Shown piece after piece: positions 53,258 to 64,000 of a DNA stretch of 64,000 bases; the stretch's first letter is position 1, and each line of letters starts with the position of its first letter. Made by a program: the position numbers and the translations under genes. The DNA comes from Eledone cirrhosa. Lineage: Eukaryota. A model generated the notes under the pieces. That model had not been told where the DNA came from and made no database searches. It was given only the letters and a program-made list of their open reading frames with translations. The DNA lies in NCBI GenBank assembly GCA_964016885.1, contig OZ024743.1, positions 274,784,001 to 274,848,000 of the forward strand, given 5' to 3'.

Positions 53258-53613
53258 CAGGGGTTCCCAACCTTTGTTGCTTCATCAGCCACTTTCGCAT
53301 GGAAAAATTTTCCACCGCCCACCTGTATAGTAAATATTGAAAAGTATACCAAAACTGTTTGGTAAAAGTTTGTTACTGGTACGTTATTCCCATTTAGCCT
53401 CCTGTTTTATTTTTTTAATATATATATACAAGTTCTTTGCATATCTCCTTTGGATATTTGTTTTTGTATAGAATATGTTGAAATACCTTCTTAATACTCA
53501 AAGTCCTATATCGTCCACTAATTGCCCACCAGTTTCTAGTCAGTTGCTTATCGCCAACCCAACTGTTGAAATCGCCAATCGGCGGGCGATATCGCACAGG
53601 AAGGGAAACCCCG
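53258..53613. mobile_element. hAT (Charlie-like) MITE with 8-bp TSD
   Basis: TIRs caggggttcccaacct / aggaagggaaaccccg; TSD ggttaagg (53250-53257) / ggttaaag (53614-53621). Confidence 0.8.
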
Positions 53614-53652
53614 GGTTAAAGCTACCACACTAGAAAAGAAACGGCCTCCTGC

Positions 53653-53806
53653 CAGGCTTCCACACACGTATTTCTGTCTACCAAATTTCGTACATAATGC
53701 TTTGGTTGAATCGAGGCTATGGTGACAGGCTCTTGCCTAAGGTGTCGCGCAGTGAACGTGAACCTGAAATTGCATAGTTGCGAACGAACTTCTTTATCAC
53801 ACAGCC
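53653..53806 (-). mobile_element. tRNA-derived SINE (family of 6519-6675)
   Basis: Body 'tttctgtctaccaaatttc...cttgcctaaggtg'. Confidence 0.65.
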
Positions 53807-54029
53807 TAATGAGACAAGAAAACTTAGTCTCGTTCGTCATATCAAGCCTTGTGTCACACCTTCCCTGCATATAGCGTAGTCATTAGGATGAGGCTCGGGG
53901 ATAAGTAAACATAATGTTGGGAGGATGAGTCTAAATGGTGGTGGCATGAGACTAGTATATTACTTCTATTTATTCTCTTTCGCCTTTCCAGGAAAGTTGA
54001 CAAACCAATAAGGGGATATATACGCATTC

Positions 54030-54425
54030 GTCCTACTTGCTAGAAATAGCAGCTAAATCTCCTTCAGAATACACCTAGTCGTCTTTAGAAGGGAAGAACA
54101 GATTGGCCAATGCAATATTAGATATAAAAGTGACGGAATGTTCACTGTTAGAACGCCTTTTATCATCGTTCTACTCAATTACAGAGGCTAAACAACAGCA
54201 ACAACAAAAGTTGGAATAAAAGATATATTCGAGAATAGAGACTCTATAAGGTCACTTGATCTGCTAGAAATGGTAGCCAACTACCCTCAAATCACAACTA
54301 ACGTTGCATACATTGTAGTCCTGATTTCCTTGAACATGGGATTAAATTAGGCTGTTCACAGCTGAGTGCTCTTTATCATAGTTGAGCTCGATTAAGATTG
54401 ACCTGGGGCTAAACAACAAAAACAT
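54030..54425 (+). mobile_element. Two tandem old SINE 3' fragments with (CAA)n tails
   Basis: 'tgctagaaat.g.agc.aa' ... 'ggctaaacaac' twice; reverse-strand relatives at 3220-3450 and 12546-12822. Confidence 0.55.
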
Positions 54426-54966
54426 GTAAAAGTTGTTGCTAGAACACCTTTGGTTATATGTATGCTCGTAAAATAGTGGATCTGATACGAAACAACAAGC
54501 TTATAACATCGCAGTCTACTCCAGGTGTTACTTCAATTCCACAATACATTTATATCAGCACTACCGTTTCTTGTTATTCAAATCACCCTGGACATAAATG
54601 TTCTTTCTTTTTACAGCCACAGAATGGTGCTGAAAAGATTAATAGGGCAATGATAGTAACGTTCCTTTTCTGGGCTTTTTCATGTAGCCGAACCTGAGAG
54701 AACGAGAAGAGAAATCAACTCCACTACTTCACTCGTACTTAATTTTTCAACACCTAAGTTTGGCCTCAGCAGTATTTGAACTCAAGTCTCAGAGAGTCGG
54801 CACACAGGGCATTTTATCCGACGCTTTAACGACTCTGTTAATTCATGGCCTTTATCAAAATTATTCCTAACATTGGCAGAAGTTCAGATATTTTGAGATA
54901 AAAAGATGAACAGTCGAATAAATCGACTCTAGTGTTTGACTAGTTTGACTAGTGCTTTATTTTATA

Positions 54967-55855
54967 CTAGCCGAATTACCCGTGCCTTGCTGCGTTTCAC
55001 ACTTTTTTTTTTTTTGTAAGAAAATGATGATTGATTTTAAATCAGTGATATAATTTATGGAGAAAAACTCTGCATTTCAATATTACTCAATGTAAAATGC
55101 AATGCATGAAAAATTGGAAAACATTATTTTTTGTAATATATCAAATCAAAATTACATTATTAAATCTTATTCTTATTTTGTTTCTTGTAAATAATTTTTT
55201 TAAAAATATCAATTCAAAACTTGATCATTTCATTTTTGTGTAAAGCATTATTTTCAAATTAGAAATTCAAAGTTTCATTATTTATTTTTTAACATAATAA
55301 ATACATGAAAATATATTTCATACTTTGTCCTAATGAAGAACTTCAGGGTAAACAACATTTCTTGTCTTTCTTTGATTGGCTAAAGTGTAAAGCAAGGCCT
55401 CACTGGGAACTGCAGCCTCTTAAATATAAAAGGCAACTCGCTATCACTTGGTATAAGTGGAATCCTCGGAATGAGTAGAGCTTGACCTTTGTAAGCCCCG
55501 AATATAATGGTTGCTTCAATCAAGTTCTCATGCAATCTTGTTCCATTTATTGGCCCAAATTTTCACTGTAGGAGGTTTAACCCCCATTAGGGTGTCTTAA
55601 TATTATTGAAATTTGCTGAAATTTTGTGAATAGGCATCATATCTTGTCATTTACCTATCGTTTAAATTTCATATAAATCGAAGGGAAAAAATTTCAGTGG
55701 AGGTTTGTACCCCCGGGGATTAAAATGAAATATACTTATCCAAGTACCCTGGGCAATGTAGTTTCAGAATATATATGGTTATGGGGGTCTATCTCCAAAA
55801 CCATAGGAGGAGTTCGTGAACAAACAAACAAAAACTACAACTTTATATATATAGA
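54967..55855 (-). mobile_element. Non-autonomous Helitron retaining a PIF1-type helicase fragment, inserted into a SINE
   Basis: 5' TC at 55855-55854, 3' CTAG at 54967-54970, A|T target. Minus strand 55550-55330 reads NGTRL..NLIEATI..G..LIPRIPLIPSDSELPFIFKRLQFPVRPCF, then (shifted frame) KTRNVVYPEVLH*. Confidence 0.9.
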
Positions 55856-56384
55856 TATCCTGGAACGATGACAGGTAAAATCAAACTTGGCAGGATTTGA
55901 GCACAGAACTTACAGAGTGGAAACAAAGAACGAAGGTCATTTTATCTCGTCGTTCTAACGATTCAGCTAAGCCCGCGCCTTGTCACCTTTATTAAACATA
56001 TTGACTATATACATTTAAAACTTTCTCTTGAAATCTTAGACGAAACCGAGGAAAAAAAAAAAAGAAAATATCTTAGAAAGAACTAAAAATATCTTCCACG
56101 TTAACCGGATTAACTTCTACTGCTCAGATGCTTTAATATATTTTATACTTTATGCCATTTTTGTCATATTTATACATCTCTTTATAGTCATTATAAACAT
56201 TAATGGGCGTGTGCTGTGTATACTGAAAGATCTTTGAAGATCTGTGATCTCACGACATAAGAAAGCACTATTTATTTATTGCAGGAATCTCAAAAAAAGC
56301 AGTGAAATTACATTCGTGTCATCAGAGATTTGGAAATTTGGAAATAAGTAGATGAGATGAGATTTGGGGGGACTGAGATAAAAA

Positions 56385-56420
56385 TAAATTAACTGAATTT
56401 CAAACTCATGCTAACAAACT

Positions 56421-56466
<46 letters not shown>

Positions 56467-56528
56467 GAAAATAGAGAAATTAATGTGAGCAAGAAGCCAA
56501 CAGTAATTCATACATAAACTAACAAACT

Positions 56529-56568
<40 letters not shown>

Positions 56569-56607
56569 AGTTTGTTAGTTTGAGATTGAAATTCAGTTAA
56601 TTTATTC

Positions 56608-56661
<54 letters not shown>

Positions 56662-56678
56662 GTGCGTGTGTGTGTGTC

Positions 56679-56711
<33 letters not shown>

Positions 56712-56755
56712 GAATAAATTAACTGAATTTCAATCTCAAACTAACAAACTTCTCA

Positions 56756-56757
<2 letters not shown>
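56385..56757. repeat. ~46-bp segment repeated in alternating orientations between (AT)n tracts
   Basis: + at 56385-56428, partial + at 56516-56535, - at 56562-56610, + at 56710-56757. Confidence 0.88.
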
Positions 56758-56822
<65 letters not shown>

Positions 56823-56919
56823 GCACTCATCCACGCATACACATGCTCAGATAGAGACATACACACAGGTACATACGCACATGCATAGGTGTGTGTATAA
56901 CTAGGTATATCTATATATA

Positions 56920-57005
<86 letters not shown>

Positions 57006-57257
57006 CATACATATATCTGTCCGTGTGTGTGAAAATACCTGCACGACAGAAAGAAGACGCAAGAGGAAGAGGCATATCGTATTCGTCCGTCAGCTGCCAA
57101 GTTGGATAGGACATGGTGAGTTCAAATCAATTACAGATGGTCCGTTGTAACTGAGAAGACAGAAGAAAGCACCTTTTGCGTGTGCGCATATATATATATA
57201 TGCGTGTATGCATATATATATATATATGTGCGTGTGTGTAATATATATGAATATTTT

Positions 57258-57394
57258 TAGTTTATGGAATATGTGTACATAGAGGTGAGGGGGGAATATT
57301 TGTAAAAGAGAGGAGGAATTTATCTATATAAATAAATTCCTCCTTCATAACTAAATGTTCACATCCCCTCTATATACACATATCCCATAAACTA
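57258..57394. repeat. 137-bp imperfect palindrome (hairpin MITE-like)
   Basis: tagtttatgg.atatgtgta.atagagg / cctctat.tacacatat.ccataaacta and ggaggaatttat / ataaattcctcc. Confidence 0.8.
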
Positions 57395-57584
57395 GAATTA
57401 TATATAATACACATGTGCACAAACACATGCATACATACAAACACATGCACTCGAAATACCCATCTTAGATCAATCAACCATCAAAACCTACCAAAATAAA
57501 TACACACACTCACACCCATACTGCACCTAATCACAAACCAATGAATTCTCTAACCTTGCTATCATTACCCTGATTTATATATAC

Positions 57585-57693
<109 letters not shown>

Positions 57694-57779
57694 CGTATAT
57701 ATATATATATTTCTGTATATATATATTTGTGTGTATATATATATATATATATATATACAGAAATATATATATATATACG

Positions 57780-57832
<53 letters not shown>

Positions 57833-58196
57833 TTCTCCCCTTCTCACTTCACCCCGTTCGCGACGAAAACATTTTCTCTCTTTCTCACATTTGGATTCAT
57901 CTCGAAAGGTCTTTTTTCTAAGCGCTCATATATTCACCTAGCTTATGCTAACAGAATAACTATGTAGCTTGTTCCCTTCCTCTCTACGGTTAGCTCTCCT
58001 CTTTGTTGTTATCTTGTCTCACTCGCTTTACGCGTTTTAATTGTCCTAATAACTTAATTTAGTTATTATTGCACCGACGTGAGGTATATGATTTTTAACG
58101 CAATGAAATATCTATGATCGTCGGCAAATCACTGATGAGGGACTCATTTTATTACATGTTATCCATGTGCAACCTGCAGTATTCTTCTCCCCATTT

Positions 58197-58246
<50 letters not shown>

Positions 58247-58286
58247 TGGTAGATAGATAGAGAAATAGATAGAGAGATAGATATAC

Positions 58287-58332
<46 letters not shown>

Positions 58333-58399
58333 GTGTGTGTGTGTGCGGGCGGGCGCGCGTGTGTGTGTGTGCGTTTATTTATGAACGTGAAATTGGAAT

Positions 58400-58712
58400 G
58401 GAACTCTGTCGATTTCGAACAGCCGCTCCATCAAATTAATGGGTAAGTGGCTGAGCATTCCACAGATACATAAACCCTTAACTTAATTCTTGAGGAGATT
58501 CAGGATGCCAGTGTGTGACAAGGTTGGTACTTTGAATTATAGATACAGTCCATCCTACGGGCTTCCAAACAGTTTCCGTCTACCCAATTTCAGTCACATG
58601 GCATGGATCAACACAAGGCTATGGTAACTTATACTTGCTTAAGATACTCCGCAGTGGGATCGTACCCAGGACCCAATGATTTCGAAGCAAGCGTTTTAAC
58701 CATTCGGCCATG
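58400..58712 (-). mobile_element. Adjacent SINE fragments (3' part of the 4008 family, then the 6519 family at 58556-58712)
   Basis: Body similarity to the other copies in this window. Confidence 0.6.
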
Positions 58713-58733
58713 TTGCTTCCACGTATATATACA

Positions 58734-59904
58734 CAGAGTGATAAAGAAAAACTGATCAAACTCTGAATATATTTAGTTTGAACCATTAAAAACAATGCGT
58801 TAAAAATTAACCCTTTTCTGAATTTGTATCCTGAGTTTCAGCGAATGATCAGAAGTGATCACCATTTGAATTCATGCATTTTTTTGAGGCGCATAGTGAG
58901 GTTTAGCATAACGTTTTTACAAACAGACCTAGGCGTGGCTCTAATCTCCTCCCTGATGTTTTCCTTTAGTTCAGTGGTGATCCTGGGTTTGTTGACATAT
59001 AACCCATCTTTCAGATAGCACCAAAACCAAAGAAAGAATTATGGAGGGTTTAAATCAGGGCTGTATCGGGCCTACACAAAATCTGTCTTCAAACTGATCA
59101 CACGATCTCCAAAGTTATTTTTCAGCCGTTCTCGCGACTCATTGGAAGTGTGAGGGCTTGCTCCATAATACTGAAACTAGAACTTATTCATTAGAGATAG
59201 GTACATAGTCTGTAGCTCCTCTTTTGAAGTATTTCAGGATCTCTACATGGCGTTCCTGTGTGACTGCATTAGTGACACTATTTTCTTCGAAAAAGAATGG
59301 ATCAATAAACCCTCTCTCGGAAATGGCAGATCTGATGGTACATTTAGCCGAGAGGAGATGTTTTTAACCTCTTCAGTGGGTTTCTCTGATCACCATTATA
59401 CATTGTTCTTAGAGCTGATCGTCTCTAAGTGAAAGTGGGTTTGATCAGAGGTTCACAACAGATAGAAAGTTTTGGCGTTATTATTTGAGCTTTTATCTTG
59501 GTCCTATCAGCTACAGTAAGTTTTTTTTTTTTGTCTGTATTCTGTAGGGTTACTTCTTAGACAACCCCTCTGCAAGTTTCTGTGGAGGAACCCAAGTACT
59601 GCATCTGTTCAACAAGCTTTCTGGGTAGTACTGTTCTCAGAAATTGTATTAACGTTCTTCACTGTCCCATAAGTTTCACACTTCTTCACCCAGTTTTGTA
59701 TACTGGCTTTGAAGAGAGATTTGTTCGATCCAAAAAATGCATATTTGAACGAGACGCATACATAGTAGTGTTTCACACGTAAATCCCGTGCCTGAGCTCG
59801 CATTGGGGTCATGTCGTCTTCTCAGACGTTGTATCTGCCATGTACTGAAATTTAAGGTTGATCGGTTGGAAACATGGAGGACCAGTTTGTTTTGAGTCAC
59901 TCTA
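58734..59904 (-). mobile_element. Near full-length degenerate Tc1/mariner-superfamily transposon
   Basis: TIR-like ends cagagtgataaagaaaaactgatc / gaccagtttgttttgagtcactcta. Minus strand motifs SIQNWVKKCETYGTVKN (HTH), FQYYGASPHT (cf. QQDGA..HT), RYSPDLNPP*FFLW and YLKDGLYVNKP..ELKENIREEI. Confidence 0.85.
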
Positions 59905-60764
59905 TATATAGGTTCCTATATATGTATGTATGCATGCATGTAAGTATGTATGCCTGTATAAATGCATGTATGTATGGATGGATGGATGTATGTATGTATA
60001 TATGTATGTATGCATGTATAAATACATGTATGTATGCTTGCATGTATGTAGGCATGTATGCATGTATGTATGCATGTATGCATGTATGCATGCATGTATG
60101 TATGCTTTATCTATCTATGTATGTATCTATCTATCTATGCAAGTATGCAAGTATGTATGCATGGAATGGACGGATGTATGCATGTATGTACGGATAGCCA
60201 GCCAAATGATCTGTGCATTGTATCGTTTTACTTGACGCTGCGCCGCGTTCTCTGCAGGGTAAAATAATCCTAAGAACATAGTTAATGGTGAATGATGGCC
60301 CAGCACTATAAGTTACGGTACTACTGTGATATCTACGTTGGTTTTAATATCATGCTGTATTACTGACACCAGCCCTTTCCCATTGAACTGGGGCGGAATG
60401 TACTCCGCCTATTTATATATATGTTATCAATCATATACTCACATATGAATATATATATTTATTTATAGTAGAATTAATGCACCGCCCACACACACACACC
60501 ACATATTTTATAGATATATGTAATAAATCATACGTTTGCATACATATATGTATGTGTTTGCGCGTGTATGTGTGTGAGTGTCTGTGTGTATATACTGTAT
60601 GTATGTTTGTGTACAAATGTATACACACACACATGCGCACAAGCACTTGCCCACATGCATACGTTCGCGCATGTACACACACATACACACATGCATTACA
60701 AACAATATTTCATATATACGTATAAGCACAATATATATATATGTGTGTGTGTGTGTAAGTGTAT

Positions 60765-60905
<141 letters not shown>

Positions 60906-61518
60906 GTGTGTGCATGTAAAGGATATATGCATGAGTTATAAAATACACGCACATTTTATGCTCTTGTCAGACGCTTTGGTACTTGGATAGAGAAAGAAAG
61001 AAAGAGTAAGAGAGGGGAGCAAAAGAGGGATAGTGAGAGAGGAAAATATAAAATCTTTCGAAATTTCAAGCTATCAACTGTATGAAGGTGATATGACCCT
61101 ATCATAAAGATGTCCTGTGATAGAATGGTGGTTTAAGGTGTGAGCGATGGTATATATTTATTGTAAACATGTGATATTGTCTTCTATTATACCTTCTTTT
61201 TATTGCAACCCATTAAAATATATTCTGGTGATTTGTGGAAAGGGGAAAGAAGATGAAGCATTTAAATAATTTCATGAACGTTTTCTATGACTGTTCTTCC
61301 TTCTTGTTGATAATTTTTATGTTTTTTTATAGTAATAATCAAATTCTGGCGGGGCTCTATTTTAACACCATGATTTATTCGCATGTCACACACACACCTA
61401 CACGCGTGCGTGCACACACACACACACAAACACACACACATACACACCCTCATATAGACACACAAACATACATATATAAATATGAATATATATAATATAT
61501 ATATATCTGTACACATAT

Positions 61519-61585
<67 letters not shown>

Positions 61586-61790
61586 GGTGGCTGCCAACTC
61601 GTTATCGAGTACGGCCACTACTTTATATCAATGTAGGAGAACCCATACCGATGCGCTGAACGAGTGTGACTTTTTAGTCCAGCCAGCGACTTGAAAACTC
61701 TGGTACAAACACTACACTTGCGAAAATAATTGACACATAGTGCTGGGCACATGGTACCATGTGACGACAAGTGCAGAGAGATCTCCAGAT
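61586..61790 (-). mobile_element. 5'-truncated non-autonomous RTE-derived element
   Basis: Reverse complement of 27055-27258; (TACA)n lies on its 5' side. Confidence 0.85.
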
Positions 61791-61816
61791 TATATATACA
61801 TGCATACATACATACA

Positions 61817-61927
<111 letters not shown>

Positions 61928-62279
61928 GAATAATCGAGTATCGAAAAATCGGCGCACGAGTTCACGATAAACAAAATTCGATATGAGTGGCAGAGGGCTC
62001 AATAATTCAGATAAATCAGAGCTATAACTATCGTTAAAATACCAACACACATAGATTATGTCTAAAATCAACCATACGACCGAAAAATTACGATCTGGAA
62101 GATTCGGGTCACTCAGATAAAATATCAATAAATCAATAAATAATATGAATGTAAAAATATATATATATATATACACATATATATATACATATATATATAT
62201 ACATACATATATATACATTCTTGTCAGTTTGTTGAACCCCAGGCTATCGCTACATCTGTTCCTTATTCTATATATATAT

Positions 62280-62616
62280 GGTAAATTTCTTTAAATCGTC
62301 TGGAAGCCTCGACAATGCAGATGGGTAAATCTCCGGGTAACAAGTGGGTCTACGTTGAGAAGCGTGGCGTGTATAAGACTGTAACGTGTAGAGGAATGAA
62401 GGAATGAGCGTAAAGGATAAAAATAAAAATAACAACACGAGAAAGAGTTACCTTGGGAGAGATTTAATTGTCCCTATATATTTCAGATTCAGATCCATCA
62501 ATTGGGTTTTTTCCGGGGGGGGGGGGTTGTCTGACGGAATGGTGCGAAACGTGTCCTCCGCTGTTCGTTGTTTTGAAGCAGTGTCGAGGCTTAAAAACGA
62601 CTTAAAGAAATTTACC
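62280..62616. mobile_element. MITE with ~39-bp TIRs (superfamily unassigned)
   Basis: ggtaaatttctttaaatcgtctggaagcctcgacaatgc vs the reverse complement of gcagtgtcgaggcttaaaaacgacttaaagaaatttacc. Confidence 0.75.
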
Positions 62617-62671
62617 TTATTATTCCACAATGCTTCAAGCAAACTTCAATACTCTCATATATTTATATATA

Positions 62672-62736
<65 letters not shown>

Positions 62737-62742
<6 letters not shown>

Positions 62743-62923
62743 GTTTCTACTTTTTGGCACAAGGCCAGCAATTATCCAGTACATAACTGGTACTTTATTT
62801 TATCGACCCCGTAAGGATGAAAGGCAAAGTTAACCTCGGCGGGATTTGAACTCAGAATGGCAAGGGCCGTAACTCTATGCGTCAAAGCATGGTGTCCGAC
62901 CCTCTACCGATATTGCCAATCCA
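62737..62923 (-). mobile_element. Near full-length S1 SINE
   Basis: A/B boxes and S1 tail, in an (AT)n context. Confidence 0.88.
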
Positions 62924-62959
62924 GTGCACTTATATATATATATAAGTAATCGTCTAACT

Positions 62960-63780
62960 TTATGGGGGATATAGTATGAATGCATTGTCCGCTAATATTT
63001 TCCTATCCAGCCTTATTTAGCGGTGTGCTTCAATTGTTTTTTCTTGTAAATGCATGGTGAGCTTTCGAGGAAGAGTTGAATTTGTATGACTAATGTAACA
63101 GTTGTAGTCATGATGATTACAACTTTCATTTTTACAATCGAATTTATAAAATTACATTCGTTATTTGTAGATCATTCTCAGGTTTACATGTTTGTTATTT
63201 GTTGTTGGTAAGGAGGTCTTTTTTTTTCATTTTAGTGTTGTTTTTAGTATATTATTACTGTTACTTTACAACTTGGTATGGCGCCTTTTGTGTTATGTCA
63301 TATATTCTATGAAACTGTTCATTGTGTGTTAGTCCATCCTGTGGTTTATTTGCATTTGATCCATAAAATACACTATTTGTGTCATTTGTCTAAATTTAAT
63401 AGATACCATGTCTGAGACATTTGTTGCTTTTGTATTTATGTCTATATTTATTTGTAGCTTTGTCTACTACTCTGTTCAAATATCCATTGTTTATTACTAT
63501 TTGTTTTATTCTATGGATTTCTATATCCAATGTTTCGTTTATGGAAAATAATCTAAATGCTTTTTTAAGTAGGGATTTTACCTTTGACACTTTCTAGCTC
63601 TGTGGACATTCACTGTTTCCTTATAAATATATACATTTATTTGTGTTTTTTGGTGAATACAAACGTGATGTATCTGGATGGTAGGGCTTCTGTGTATTCA
63701 TTTCAATGAGTATAATATGCACATACATGGTTTATATTGCATGTTTGTGTTCTGGAGTTAGTTTTCTATTGAAGCTGGTT
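62960..63780 (-). mobile_element. Degenerate Penelope-like element (RT C-terminus + GIY-YIG endonuclease remnants)
   Basis: Minus strand GNSECPQS*K..KSLLKKAF..EIHRIKQIVINNGY..VVD (PLE RT thumb region) and CYISHTNSTLPRKLTMHLQ (cf. YIGHT..TL.RRL..H). Confidence 0.78.
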
Positions 63781-63861
63781 AGAATGCAGCTAATGTGGGA
63801 AAAATAAACAAAGAAAAACAAATTAGGGGTGGCGTCACATACTATATATATATGTGTGTGA

Positions 63862-63894
<33 letters not shown>

Positions 63895-64000
63895 TGTCTG
63901 TGTGTGGTAAAAAACCGATTTTCTTTTTAAACCGGTACAGTGCAGTAGAAAAATACGAAAGGCAAATGATGACAAATGAAACAAAACAAAAACAAAGTAA

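Noticed and set aside
58125-58180. CUGAUGA in a possibly Penelope-like flank
   Set aside because: No GAAA or stem II closure nearby.
62070-62125. Minus-strand tattttat-ctgagtga with ccgaa/ttcgg stem
   Set aside because: Core has an insertion and GAAA is absent.

Overview
Eukaryotic, repeat-saturated, non-genic-looking DNA. The extreme microsatellite load ((AT)n, (CA)n, (CT)n, (ATGT)n, (ACC)n, (TAG)n) and the tRNA-derived SINE families are, from recall rather than a search, typical of an octopus (cephalopod) genome. No host gene can be called with confidence, and nearly all listed ORFs are translations of simple repeats. Recognisable content is mobile-element debris: R4/Dong-clade, RTE, CRE and Penelope-like retrotransposon fragments, non-autonomous RTE derivatives, mariner/Tc1 relics, Helitrons, hAT-type and other MITEs, and many SINEs. 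The main hidden signal is a set of minimal type-I hammerhead ribozymes (at least four sequence families) inside short non-coding elements at (TA)n sites. Several of these elements have fold-back ends, and in two unrelated families the inverted arm stops one nucleotide short of the predicted self-cleavage site. A second notable system is a 5-kb nest (22.1-27.3 kb) in which R4-clade and RTE-derived elements repeatedly inserted into the same (ATGT)n microsatellite. All folds, alignments and translations were done by eye.
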